A DNA stretch of 64,000 nt from Camelus dromedarius (lineage: Eukaryota), in NCBI RefSeq assembly GCF_036321535.1, contig NC_087437.1, forward strand, positions 101,558,001 through 101,622,000, read 5' to 3'. The position numbers and the translations under genes were made by a program. Positions 51,483-64,000 of the stretch are shown piece after piece (the first letter of the stretch is position 1; each line of letters begins with the position of its first letter). The notes below the pieces were generated by a model. The model ran no database searches. It was not told the DNA's origin and saw only the letters and a list, made by a program, of their open reading frames with translations.

Positions 51483-51959
51483 TACAGGAAAACAATTTTT
51501 ACAGATGCTAACATAAAGTGACTGAGAAATACTATGCTTTTTCTCAAATTTTAAATCTTTCAATAGTACCAAAATAGCTGCAAATTACTCAAACTATTAT
51601 ACCACAGTCCTCTCTTTTCTGTGGTCTATAATTTTAAGATTCTTTTGCTGCTGTGAGCTTAGAGCCAAGAATATTGGGAGTTATGTGGAGGTTTTAGAGG
51701 AAAGCACTGATACTCATGCATCTGGTAACAAAAAGTCTACACTGCTCTGTGTAGAAAGCATGCTCCTTTGGAAGAGTTACAAAACCTAAAGAGATATGTA
51801 CATGAAAGTTTGAGGAGGATTGGAAACATTCACCTTACAGGCCATTTAAAAAACTTAACCCTAGAGATCATGGGGTGATAGTGGATGCTTAGAAAACCCA
51901 TCCAGCCAGTATCAAGTCTTCCTTTTTGATATTGTACACTTCTCTGTTTGCTTTTACTT

Positions 51960-53260
51960 TTTTGCTTTTATTTTTGCATCTTTAAAAGTAAAGTATTTTA
52001 GAAGTCTTAGTTTTATAGAAAAATTATATAGTGCAGACAGTTCTCATATATCCTGCACCCAGACTCCCCACTTAATAATATCTTATATTAATATGGTACA
52101 TTTGTTACAATTACCTTTATGGATACATCACTATTAACCAAAACCCACATTTTATTTGGATTTCCTACTTTTCACCTAAGTTCCCTTTTCCATACCAGGG
52201 TCCCATCCAGGATCCAGGAGTCCACAGTTCAGTTAGTTGTTATGCCTCCTTACGCTCCTCTTGGCTATGAGAGTTTCTCAGGCTTCCCTTGTTCTTGATG
52301 ACTTTGACAGTTTTGAGGAAGGCTAGTCAGGTATTTTATATAATGTCCCTCAACTGGGATTTGACTAATGCTCTTCTCATGATTAAATGGAGGTTCTGAG
52401 TTTGGGGGAAGAAGGCAAACACAGAGAACCATCTGGTCACCTCATATCAGGGTACATGCTAGCAACCTCACATCACTGCTGGTTCTATTCTTGATCACCT
52501 GGTTCAGGTAGGTTTTCAGGTTCAGTAGTGGGAGATATGTTCCACCTCCTTGAGGGCTGACTATCTATGAAAATTATTTGCAGTCTTTCTACATGGGGAG
52601 TTCTAGTCTTCATCTTTATTTATTTAATATTTTTTATATCAGTATAGACTCATGGACACTTATTTTATAGTTTGGGTTATAGTTCAAAACACTGCTCTAC
52701 GTAATTTATTGCTCAAATTGCCCCAGCTTTGGTCACTGGAAACTCTTTCCGTTGGTTCCTATGCTATTTTGACAGACATTCTTCGCATTTTTTTTTTTTT
52801 TTTTTTGCTTTTTTGAGCACCTCCTGGCACTATAAGATGCTCCAGGCTAATGCTAAATGCTTTCTGTTCTAGTCTTAGAATTAGTTATTTCTCTAATAAA
52901 TCCTGTTTCCTTTTATTGAGGAAGTCTTTATTGAAGATAGTATTAGAGATTAAGATTGGGCACTAGGTATACTGGTTGCTACTGGGATGTCATTACTTCC
53001 AGAATTGTCAGTTGTCAGAGAAAGAAAATATATGTATATTAACATCTACCTATAAATGTCTATATATAGCCATATGTATCTATATTAAGGCAAACATGAG
53101 TTCATATTGATATTTCCAACAATAATCCATTACTGTATAGGTCATTCTAGAATCTTCTCTTTGGTTATCTATAAATTAATACTCCAATAATGAGAAACCT
53201 GGCTGTACAATTCCAGTGTGCATGTTTAGTGAGATCAGGATTGTTAATCATTACCACCAT
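51960..53260 (-). mobile_element. L1MD/L1MC-type 3' UTR
   Basis: 'cccatccaggat...gttgttatgcctccttacgctcctcttggctatgagagtttctcaggcttcccttgttcttgatgactttgacagttttgaggaa', 'cttgatcacctgg', 'attgctcaaattgccccagctttgg'. Confidence 0.85.
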
Positions 53261-53269
53261 GAAATTAAC

Positions 53270-53525
53270 ATAGATACTGCAGCTTTCTTTTGATTAATGT
53301 TAGCATGGGATATATTTCTTTCATTTTTAAAAACCTGAGTCTTTATATTTAATGTGGGTTTTCTGTATACCCACGTTAGGCCAAATATACAGTAAGCTCT
53401 TGTTTGTTCATGCATTCTGCAAATTTCTGTCTTCTAATTGGTGTATTTAGACTATTCACCTTTAAAGTGATTACTTATATATTTAGATTAATATCTACCT
53501 TGATGTAATTGTTTTCTATTTATTC
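53270..53525 (-). mobile_element. L1M ORF2 endonuclease-start region fragment
   Basis: 'cagctttcttttgattaatgttagcatgg', 'tctgtcttctaattggtgtatttagactattcacctttaaagtgatta'. Confidence 0.75.
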
Positions 53526-53527
53526 TG

Positions 53528-53915
53528 TTATTATTATTATTATTATTATTATTATGACTTTATTTTTTAGAACAATTTGAATTTCACAGCAAAACTGAAG
53601 GGGAAATGCAGAGATTTCCCGTGTACATCATGCCCCCACACATGCATATCCCTCACTAGAATGGTACATTTTTTACAACAGATGAACCTGCATTGACACA
53701 TCATCACCACCTAACATTCATAGATTATATTATGGTTCATTCTTGGCGTTGCACATTTTTGGATATGGACAGATATATAATGGCATGTATCTGTCTTTAT
53801 GGTATCTATCATACAGGGTATTTTCACTGCCCTAAGTCCGTGGTCCACCTGTTCATCCCTGGCCTCTCAAACCCTGGCATCGCTGATCCTGTTACTGTCT
53901 TCATGGTTTTCTCTC
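53528..53915 (-). mobile_element. L1MC1-like 3' end with (TTA)n tail, nested in the older L1
   Basis: 'ttcacagcaaaactga...gcagagatttccc...tgcccccacacatgca', 'gatgaacctgcattgacacatcatcacc', 'ttcactgccctaa...ccctggcatcgctgatc'. Confidence 0.85.
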
Positions 53916-54340
53916 TGTGAACATTTCTGCCTTCTCTGGTTTTAATTGAGAATTTTACATGCTTTCATTTTATGTCCTCTCAGTATATGAAAATACTTTT
54001 TAAAAATTTTTTAGAGAATGCTTTTGAGTTAGCAACATAAATTTTTGTATAATTAAAACCACATTCAAATAATATTATACCATTCCATACCAAATAACAT
54101 ACCATTATACTTTATATCCAGGTAATGTAGGTATCTAACAACAGAATATTCCTAATTCTTCCCTTCCATCTACTATTACATTAATACCATTTATTTCACT
54201 TTTCCAAGTGCTATAATCAGCCAACACATTGTTACTATTATTACTTTAAATTTTGAATGAAAGAAGAAAAATAAAAAGATTTTATCTTCATTAATTTTCT
54301 CAACATTCTTCCTTCTTTCTGTGGATCAAAGTCATATTCA
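53916..54340 (-). mobile_element. L1MD-type inter-ORF/ORF1 region, continuation of the host L1
   Basis: 'ttctgccttctctggttttaattgagaatttta', 'cacattcaaataatattataccattcca', 'caacattcttccttctttctgtggatc'. Confidence 0.65.
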
Positions 54341-54344
54341 GTCT

Positions 54345-54680
54345 TGCTATAGTCTGAATGTTTGTTTCCCCCCAGACTTCATATGTTGTAACCTAATGTG
54401 CAATGTGATGGTATTAGGAGGTGAAATTTTGGGGAGGTGTTTAGGACATGCGGGTGGAAACTATATGAATGATATTAGTGCCCTTATAAAAATACCCCAG
54501 AGGACCCCCCCAACACCTTTCACCTTGTGAGGACAAAGTTAGAAACAAACAAAAAAAATGGCCACATATAAACCAGGATGAAGGCCACACCTGTATCAAA
54601 TGTGGCCAGGGCCTTAACCTTGGACTTCTCAAACTCCAAAATTATGAGATACAGTTTTTTATTGTTTATAAGCCACCCAT
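54345..54680 (+). mobile_element. MaLR LTR (MLT1A/A0-like), 3' end missing
   Basis: 'tgctatagtctgaatgtttgtttcccc...ttcatatgttg...aatgtgatggtattaggaggtg...attagtgcccttataaaa...cttggacttc...gtttataagccaccca'. Confidence 0.9.
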
Positions 54681-54846
54681 GTACCCTTCGCCAAAATCAC
54701 ATATGTCCTGACCACCCCCCTGTCTACCTCTTCAGAAGATTTTCTCAGAGCTGTCTGAGAGGGTGTCTCCCAGCCTACGGTCCTCAGTAAGATGCTGAAT
54801 GAACTCACCTCACAGTTGTTTTTATGCTTTTTTTTTCAAGTACACA
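54681..54846 (+). mobile_element. ERV1 LTR 3' fragment (MER34/MER39-like)
   Basis: 'ccaaaatcacatat...ctcagagctgtctgagagggtgtctcccagcctacggtcctcagtaagatgctgaat...ctcacag...ttcaagtacaca'. Confidence 0.65.
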
Positions 54847-55635
54847 AATGTTTGCTGTAGCTGTAGGTGCCAGAGGCTTCAGATTTTTCAGTGTTCTTCT
54901 TCCTGTTTCCCTTGTTGACTTTGTACTTCCCTAGGTACCAACCTCAGAGTCTGTACCTTCCAGCACTTTCAACTGTAACTCCTAGTATTGTACTGGAGCC
55001 CTGCTGGTGTGGTGATCATCTGTGCAACAGGGAAAACATGCTATATCTGATTATTAAATCTCAGTCTTTTGCAGGCATTTATCTTTGATTTGTGACCTTC
55101 ACAAGTGTTTCTTAGGTTTTGTTTTTTTTTTTTTTTTGACAGGAAATCTAAAAGGGACTGGAATGGGAGAAGTGCTTCTTTCCCAGGCAGGATAAGACTC
55201 TGGTTGTCTTCTTTCCTGCATCATAGGCCTTTGTTATGGGCCCCATTTCGGGGAGCAATTCACAAGGGCTATTTTTCTCTCTTCCTGCCAGAGTGACAGG
55301 GTATCTTTCTTGGTTAGTCCCAGGGAGAACTTGATGGGGCTTCTGAAGTTAAGCTCTGTGAAAGAGTGGCCAACTTCTAAGTTAAGGCCCAGGAGCTTTG
55401 CATTCTTACAGTCCATACTCAGCCTCCAACAATTTGTTAAAATTACCATTTTAGCAGATCTTGTGAATGACCCTATGGATTCATCTGTTTCTCCAGATTT
55501 CAAGGTGGCAGCTTGCCCCAGGACTTTCGTTCTTTGATCAGACCAAGAAGTCATTTATTTTCCTTTTGTTTAGCATTTTGTTATGTAAAGACAGGAATGA
55601 CAATTTGTAAGTTTTTCACTTGCTGAAACTGAAGT
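54847..55635 (-). mobile_element. L1MD-type 5' UTR (L1MDa-like)
   Basis: 'ggtgccagaggcttcagat', 'tgtgaccttcacaagtgtttctt', 'ctcagcctccaacaatttgttaaaattacc', 'ctgtttctccagatttcaaggtggcagcttgccc'. Confidence 0.7.
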
Positions 55636-58600
55636 AAAAAAAAAAAAAAAAAACTTCTGTTTTCTTTTGATATTACCCTACTGTTTTTCATCATTCTCCC
55701 TGATGAATGATGAAATAAGAATATAGTGATAATTGTACGTTCTGATAAAAATCAAACATTTTCTTGGTGATTGAGATTAACTTAATAAGAAAGATAAAGA
55801 AAGAAGGTTTCTCTTCTAATAAGCACACATTTACATCTGAAGACATAACTTAAGATGTAAATTGATACCTAGACAGCCCTCATTATAGTAGAGAGGTCAT
55901 TAACTACAACCTCTAACATAATTAAAGGCAGCACATTTATGAATCAATTAAAAAGAGTGGTAAGAGTTGCTGCTAAAATATATATGCACACTTTAATGAC
56001 AGTTACAGAAGTGTGCATATGTTTCTAGTTGAATTAAGCATGTGATTAGGTGATTGTCATGTTGATTTGATTTGGTCAATTTCTGTCCTGAAAGACAAGA
56101 CACAAATTAAGACATAAAGAAAAGTTCTACAGGACACAAGAAATCATTTTTAAAAGTCTATTTTGATGTCTCTTATTCAGTTTAAAGAGCCTGTTTTTAA
56201 TATAATGTATTAAATTATCAGTAAAATAATTTGCTTTCAAACAACCGTAGATGTTACCCATCTCCAGCTATTATTCATGCACATATTAAGGAATTTGACA
56301 AAGGTTTATTTCCAGTATCTTTAGCATGAACAAAGAACAAGGAAGCCTCTACTGAGTGATTGACAAATAAATATGAATTTTTATAGTGAGGAGTCGGAAC
56401 AGGTAAGAAGAAAAAAGATAAAGTATTTTAGCAATGTGTGTGCTAAATCTCTATTGGTCTTGTTCAATCCTCTGATTTAAATAAATAAGAAATGGGGGGG
56501 CGGCAAGGAATGTCAGGAATGAGTTGATTGGAAATTGTGGAAACCATGAATAAACTGCAAGACAAACTTGGTGTATAATATAATCCAGCCATAATATCCC
56601 AATAGACTTCATTGGTGGATTTCTGAGCTGAAACAAATCCTTCTGCAACAAGTTATTCTTAAGGTATGAAGAAGGTTGGTCATATTGGGTTCCAAGACCA
56701 TCTTTGGTTCCAGACCACCAAGAAGTTGTTAGAAGTATGTTGGTCAGCGTTCAGCTCCCCAAGGGAAGAGTATTTCAGATGAGTAAACTGAGATCTAAAA
56801 CTGAGCTTAGTCCTTGCAAGGGAAGTAGAGGGTTAATCATCCACTGAAGCAGAAGTATAGTAAAGAAGGCTTAAAAACTGGACGTAGTTTCACCAAGGGT
56901 TGCAGCTTAAAGGATATGGACATAAGATCTTACCAAAAGCTTGAGATATAAGAGTTATGATATAACTTATATGTTACCTGATAATATGGGCTAATTAATC
57001 ATGTTTTCCTAGTGTGGTTGTTCCAGGTTTAGAATGAGCTGTTTCTTCAGCTCCATCTATACCCAAGAGTCAAAGAAGTGGCAAGCAATACCTAGGAAAC
57101 CCCGAACATGCATGTTTTGGAAGTAGCATAAGAGAATATAAATTATTAGGCAGCACAGGAGAAAAAGTCTAAATAAATGAGTTTTAATCTACACAATTCT
57201 AAATGATATTATTGAGTAAATATGTTCCAACCCCAGTAGTCTCTAGATAAGCAATTACTAATTATATTGTTACATATATCATATATGATATATTTCACCA
57301 TGATAGTGTCTCTTAAGCCAGAAATAGCTATATACCCCCAAAATTTACTTGTAACAAAAATGTAACAATATAAAGAATTACAGTCTTTTCTATTTAGAAA
57401 GGCACACCATCTTATTAATGTATTAAACTTTGAGAAACATGTCAAAATAAAAAAATGGATGAACCTTCTTCTGATTGGGTACTGATATAGCAGCTGGTTT
57501 GTATTTACTTGATTTTGAGGACTTAGAAAACAGCACGATATAAAAAAGTCTAGTTATTTTTTAAAAACCCACATGAAGTATCAGTATATTTAAATTGTTC
57601 TGTAGTTTATCTGTTGTGATTAATTAGAAACATTCATATTCCTACTGCTTGTTGGAGACTCATTGGGCTTATGAAAAGATTCAGCAAGACCAATGATTAA
57701 AGACTGAATATAATATTTTTGAGGATGTTAGACTGATTGATGAGACACCATACACTCATAGATTGGTGGATATAAGCATATTCTTTAAAATACAGAAGCA
57801 TTTTCACAGTGTTTGTTAAAGCCCTCAAATTCTTACATGACAAAATACATTTTAATTTCAAGAGTAATAGAAATTTCAGGTTGGTTAATACATCTTCCAA
57901 TGGCTGTGCAGTTCATGCACCATGTGGAAAACATACTAGCTCCTGACACCAATTATTAAAGTCAGATATTACATCCGATTACATTTAATTATTCAGAATC
58001 TCTGTAGCATGTAATAAGATAACTTCCAGTATAATTAGAAACACAGCAACATCGAAAGAAAACTATTTGTAGAATCTCAACAGCAATTACAATCTCCTCT
58101 AGGCTTTTCTGTAATTTTAGGCAGGATTTTTTTTTTAACCATTTACTGATTGCCATTTGAGATAGATGAATTTTCTGCTTTTGTAAAATTAATATGTAAT
58201 GGAATCCCCACCCTATATCAAAAAATGTTTTCCTATAGCATTAATTGTAAATATCCACCATGCCTCATACAAATGCTTTGTAATTTTATTTAGTCTAAAG
58301 ACAACTCACCTCTCCTCTACATGAACAGGATACATTGCTCTTCAACTCACACTTGCTAACGTGACACATTATCTTTTGTTTCTATTTTACTTTCCAATAA
58401 TTTTTACTTTCTATTAACACCCTGTTTATTGTGTCTGATGCAAGGTGCCTTTTCTGAAAGTGAAGCATGAACAATATGTTAAGAATATAATACTCCATAA
58501 AATAAACACTAAGATGATAATTTTTAATGCTATAGTTTAAAAAACTTACACTTTTATAGGTTGAAAGAAACACGAATGTAAGGTTAATGGTATTGATTCA

Positions 58601-59219
58601 TTACTTTTCTATTGAAAAGCAAGTTTACTCCTAGCAATAAAATAATTTTTCACTTATTCAACACCTATATTGATTATACAAGTCATAGTATTACTAGATC
58701 AAGATCTTACCTTATATTCATAATTGAAAATGATAATTTGAACTCTGTTCTCTTTGGCAAGCTTACTCTACTACTTTGAAGTTAATTGATTTCCTTGTGT
58801 TAACTCCCCTAAAGGAACACCTAGCAGCAAAAACTATAGAATGTTTTAAGAACTAGTTTTGTGTTAATTCTCATTTCCTCTTCTCTCTTTGTAAAAAGAA
58901 AGCCAGATTTTACTGTCATTAAACCTTAGGCAAAAAGCTAACAGATAACATTGAGAATATAAATAAGCAAACAATGATTTTAGTTATGATTTCAATATTG
59001 AAATCTTTGTCATTCATTTGACTAGGGCATAACTTTCTTGTAGGGAGAGCATGTCATTTTATGAATGTGAACTTGGATTCTCTCTAGAGATTCCAATCAA
59101 TGGAAGCCAAATTACAATTTGTGTCTTTCAATACAAACCCGCCATTCATTTTCCCCTCTCATGTTTCTCCTTCATGACAGTGAGGAAACTTGCTTTAGGA
59201 AAACACTTATGAGTTTTAT

Positions 59220-59352
59220 AATGTGCTTCAAATACATCTCACAGGGATGGGCACTTTACAAATGAGGACATGGAGGCCCAGAGAGTGTGAGTTATGTTTT
59301 GTGATTTTACATAGCTAGAAAACTATATGGAAAGTCCAACATTTTGACTTCG
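59220..59352 (-). mobile_element. MIR fragment
   Basis: 'tttacaaatgaggacatggaggcccagagag...acatagctag...tttgacttc'. Confidence 0.7.
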
Positions 59353-60548
59353 AATAGAAAAAAAAAATCTTAACAAATGAATAATATATTTTGGTTTTGT
59401 TTGGCTGGTTTGGAAAATTTGTTCAGAAATATGTTTTGTTCAATCATTAGAGTTTTATTCTGAAATAAAAAGATAAACATTGATTTTCTAAGCAAAAGCA
59501 ATGGTAGAAAATTCCACATATCTAATAAGATCTTTGGGGGCAGGTTTTTTCCTATGTCCTATGTCTTTAATTATAAGGGGGAAGTTAATACCCAGGCATT
59601 TTCTGAACAATTTATGGCAATTCTAGAAGCACTGTGGTATATGTTCTCATTCTGTTCAGTATTAAAAAACACTGTTATTACAGGCTTCAGTTAAAGTTGG
59701 TTGATGTTGTAAGGGTGGTGTCAAATGTTACATAAATCACTTAGCCAATTGCACTCAGCACTGATTTCTTGACTTTAAAATGTATTGTTATGGAATCACA
59801 GGTGTATTACCATCTGTGTGATCCTTGATAGAAATGAAGGAAACGTTAAAGGTTTGGTTATAGTAATCATCACAAAAGTGCTCCCCTAAAACACTGACAC
59901 AGCTGTGATGAAGTGTCACTACAGCAGTAAGAATAAAAAGAGAATAAAATAATGGCCTTTTTTTCCCCTTTATTTTCCCCCTCAATTCTTATAAGTGACA
60001 CATGAGAAACATTAATAGGGTTATTTGGAAATGTTATGGAGCTGTCAGTGTTTCACTTCTTAAGAACATGAACTGTGTATTTCTGAAGGTGAATACTCAC
60101 CTCCCTTCATGGGGGGGGAAAAGTGCAGCTTCCTGATTAATGGAGCATTCAGATCATGAATCAGACAGACAAAAGAAGGGGATTTCTCTTCTTTTTACAC
60201 TCATTATCTCCACAAACGTAGTTCTCACCTTAACATAACGTTCCTGTAAGTCTGTCACTGAGTCAATATGCTTTATTGAAGGTGAGATGGGACAGGTTAA
60301 TGCTTCAATGATAATCTAATAAGCCTTTAATTACCTTAGAGTTCCTACTACTGCCATCAAATTATGCCAGCAATTTAAATATCATCTTTACTTAGTATAA
60401 AGTAAACAATGTCCACGCAAAGGAAATAATTCTAGCTATAGTCATATATTTAGTTCTTTTAAACGTCTATAAGCACAGAAACTTTCATGCCCTCTAGTTG
60501 AAAGCTGAATATTATTATAAGATAGACGGACATGATAAGTCAAGTTTT

Positions 60549-60639
60549 CTTTTAAATTTTATTTTTTTAATTGAGATATATAGTTGATTTACAATGTTGT
60601 GTTAGTTTCAGATCATAAAAAGAGAAATTAAGAGTTTGG
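60549..60639 (-). mobile_element. Tiny L1 3' end with 15-bp TSD and probable 5' inversion
   Basis: 'ttttaattgagatatatagttgatttacaatgttgtgttagtttcag' is an antisense L1 terminus; TSD gataagtcaagtttt at 60534-60548 and 60640-60654. Confidence 0.9.
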
Positions 60640-63149
60640 GATAAGTCAAGTTTTATTCTTCCTCTCTTCCCCCTAGGAAATCATGTTGTGTTAAATGAAA
60701 TCGAAAACACCTCCATATTAGGGAATATAACTTTTTCACTTGAAACAGTTTAAACTCTCCAGCTGTAGCCATTGAATGTTTAATAATGGCATTGACTTAC
60801 AGACCCACATGGCACACTCACACAGGCATGTGAGAGCACACCAACAGGGCACTGATCTCCTGGAATGCATCGGGGACAAAAAAGTTTGCAACAAAAGAAC
60901 TGGGAAGTCACTTAAACTTTGGCAGTGTTGGCATGTTTGGTCATTCAATTTTACTTAGTCCTTTTAATGTTGCTATTAAATCAAAATATTAGACTCTTTT
61001 TAGCCTCAACTCTAATGATTTCAGTGTAGTGGACAAGCTGCCCTCGTCAGTCTCGTCATTTCAATCTGCTGACTTTCACGATACAAGTACTCATGAGGTT
61101 ATCCGCTCTTATTTGAACCCACTGATAAGGTCTCATTAAAATTGCCCCACATCTATTTCTTGCAAGGATTCCACAGACTGCACTGTTGGTGCAGGCAATT
61201 ATTCATTCCTCCAATAGTGAAACGCCATTGAGTTTTTTCCTAACAGTTGTTTTTGTCTAAATGTGTAAAATTCTTTTCAAGGGCAGGTTGATTTTTGTTG
61301 CTTCTGAAAATGAAAAATTGCACATTGCATCATCCATTATGTGAACTGCCAAGTGTTATCTTCATCTGGATTTTAACATCAGATGAGATTCTTTAAAAAT
61401 TGAATTATTTTAATAAATGATATGGAACAAATGACATTAAATCTTCTTGTGTAATGGTCAGGAAACTAACTTCAGTCCACCTGGAAATGTGTTTCTATGA
61501 CAAGCAGAGATATTCGGTGGGAGGTTGAAAAAGGCAACTAGTATGTTGCTTTCAAATACTTTGAAACTATTTAGCATTATATCCTTCCCTTAATTATGAA
61601 GTTTTCTACTTTCTTAGACTGACTTGCCCCTTTATTGGTATTAGTAGTCCCTTTGTGGTTGGGCAGCATTTAGCTAAACAGGATTCACTATTCATCACAT
61701 TATGCTTCTGTTCATTATTTAAGGGAAGATAATCTCCCATGAGTCATACATGTAAAAGATTAATCCGTATGTAGATGTTAAATATTGATTATTGACAATT
61801 TGACACATACTTTTCTCAAGTTCTTATTCTGGCTATTTTACTGAATATTATTTAGGCTAAATAGAACAATTTCCATTATTTGCCTGCATTGATCAACTAT
61901 TTTTTCAAGAAATTCCAGTGCCTGTATAAAATTCTATCATTCATCACAAAGAACTCAACTGTTTTGCTTAGTGCAATTTTTATTTCCAACCAGGAGGCTT
62001 CTCATTGGTGAAATTCAGTGTTACGTAGTTTAAGCATAACCTTGAAGTGAATTCTTTTATCTCCTTGTACTCAATTGCTCTCTGAGCTTTTCATAAAGCA
62101 AAGAACTGTGCAAAGGTGCACCGTCAGTGCAGCCAAGACCAAGGTGATGGAAGTAAGAAAGACTCTGGGGAATATGGCAAAGGCAATTGCTGCTTCTTGC
62201 TTGGAATTTGAGAACCAGCAATGGTCTGAGAGAAACCCTTTGCTTTCTGGATGAGCCAGTTACACTGTGATAAGCACTACCATACAGTTAATATCCTTTC
62301 TCAGAAGCAGACCTTTTCATACAGTTAACTATGTGTAAAATTGTCTTTCTTTTCTTTCTTATTTGACATATATCTCAAATTTATAACCATCTGCCATGTA
62401 CTTCCACTAAACAGTCTGGTCTTCCTTTTAGTATTTGATTTATGATCACTGGAAAAAGAGGCATGACAGGAATGTCTTACTGCATGTATCTTCTTGACGC
62501 ATTTTTGCTGTTTTCTAATTCTAAACAGCTTTCTAGTTTTAAGTTAGTTTTTCTTAACATTCATGTCTTTCTAAAATAGGAAGTAATGTATCTTTTTTGT
62601 TCTTCAATACATATACTCTCTTAGGGTTCATCAAGTCTGCTCAGTGGGGCATCATTTGTATTATCTATAGAGAGTAATGTACACTTAAAAACTATCTGTA
62701 TTCAGACTTACACACAATCTGAATGTTCCTCCTCATGTTTCCCTTCAGTCCAAGGTATCAACTCTGTAATCATTAAATCTACTTTGGGAATACTATAGAG
62801 TAAACCATTAATTATATTATTCACATGTTAGAAGTCACTATAAAAGTAGTTCCTTTTAAATTTTATCTTAAAAAAAAAATTTGTGCCCAGGCTAGCCAAG
62901 GATAAAAACTGTATCTTGTATTGAATTAAAAATGGAGGTGGTTAAAAATTATTGACATTGATGAAGGTTTGGTTTTGACATTGGTATCAGTGTCATGGAA
63001 TAACAGGGGGAGAGTCCTAAAAATATGTGAGACGTGCTGTTTATTTGTTTATGTCTTGTGTACTTATGCTTGGAAAAACAGAGACCACTGCACTGGAATT
63101 AGTGCAGCCACTCACTGGTTTGCTGAGATGTCTTCAAATTTTATATGCC

Positions 63150-63305
63150 ATGGAAAAGCAATGGCACTGGAAAGAGAGACTTGGATTTGAATTCTTGTTA
63201 TGCTAATTGCCTAAACAGATAGCTAACTTAAATCTAGGACTTCAATAAGCCTGCTTTTGAAATGTTGGTAGAAAAATAATGTAGTAATTAATATTGCCTT
63301 CATTG
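63150..63305 (+). mobile_element. MIR fragment
   Basis: 'tggaaaagcaatggcactggaaagagagacttggatttgaattcttg'. Confidence 0.55.
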
Positions 63306-63394
63306 GTTAAAAAACAAAAGAAAAATCAAATTATTGTCATGTATTAGTCCTGAGATAAGTGTGCCTCCCGAGTTTAATTCTGTGACTTGCTTGC

Positions 63395-63770
63395 TTCATC
63401 AGGGACCCAGTTTGCTGTCATTTTGTTTCCTACCATTTTAGGATTCCAACTGGGTTCTTAGTGTAGTAGTCTTTATTCATTTATTTATTCTGGGAGTTAG
63501 CCTTTTACTTTACTGCTTTATAATAGCAAAGAAACTCTTCCCAGAAGCCCTATAGAAAGCTTCTAGTTGATTACTCTCCACATAGAATTGCATCACAAAT
63601 CTCTCATTTAATCCTTTCTCTGATAATTGTACTGAAACCAAGATGGTTAGCTAAGGTCAGTAAGGACTCAGTGGCGGTAGGTATCTAAACAAACTAGGGG
63701 AGTGTGGTGGCAATAAAGGAAGCAAGGATAGATAATAAGTAGATGATTGAAAATATATTCTACAAGCACC
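63395..63770 (-). mobile_element. Degenerate MaLR LTR (MLT1J/K/L-like)
   Basis: 'tcagggacccag', 'gaaactcttcccagaagccc', 'agaattgcatcaca'. Confidence 0.45.
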
Positions 63771-64000
63771 CTTGGTTAGTTTTACAACATAATTTGAGTA
63801 CAAATTTATATCTTTCAGCACATACACACAACGTAACTGCTCCTAAAAGGGAAACCACTGCATTCTACCAAGATGCACTGGGCTTCTACTATGTTTCAGT
63901 TATTTTGCAAGCCATTAAGAATATGAATGTATTGAACACGTTTGGTGAAATCAAATATCAAATTATGGAAGAGTCAAAACACAGTACATAAATAAAACCT

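Noticed and set aside
1..64000. CRISPR array, operon, CpG-island promoter, processed pseudogene or NUMT
   Set aside because: No regularly spaced repeats, CpG island, recognisable host-protein remnant or mitochondrial-like sequence seen. Small exons of a large gene cannot be excluded without alignment.

Overview
AT-rich, CpG-depleted, repeat-dense mammalian DNA that looks intergenic or deep intronic. I can support no protein-coding gene, functional RNA gene or CpG island; the listed ORFs are chance ORFs or transposon remnants. The host is very likely a camelid (alpaca, llama or camel), based on a tRNA-derived Vic-1-like SINE and young camelid-type L1 3' UTRs. The window layers several ages of repeat. 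Ancient eutherian elements include L2, MIR, MaLR MLT1, LTR33/LTR16, MER82, MER3, MER58A, Zaphod/MER115 and L1MC/MD/ME. There are also five solo retroviral LTRs with TG...CA-type ends and target-site duplications (TSDs), several tiny young L1 insertions with readable TSDs, and microsatellites. A few repeat-free stretches carry dense developmental TF motifs and may be conserved enhancers. I found no convincing new biological system. The best observations are retrotransposition footprints (a probable twin-priming inversion, a poly(A)-only insertion, nested insertions), a symmetric polypyrimidine tract, and a CpG-retaining AATAAA palindrome in a PBX/HOX/MEIS motif cluster. Repeat family names come from my recollection of consensus sequences, not from a search, and the boundaries of old repeats are approximate.
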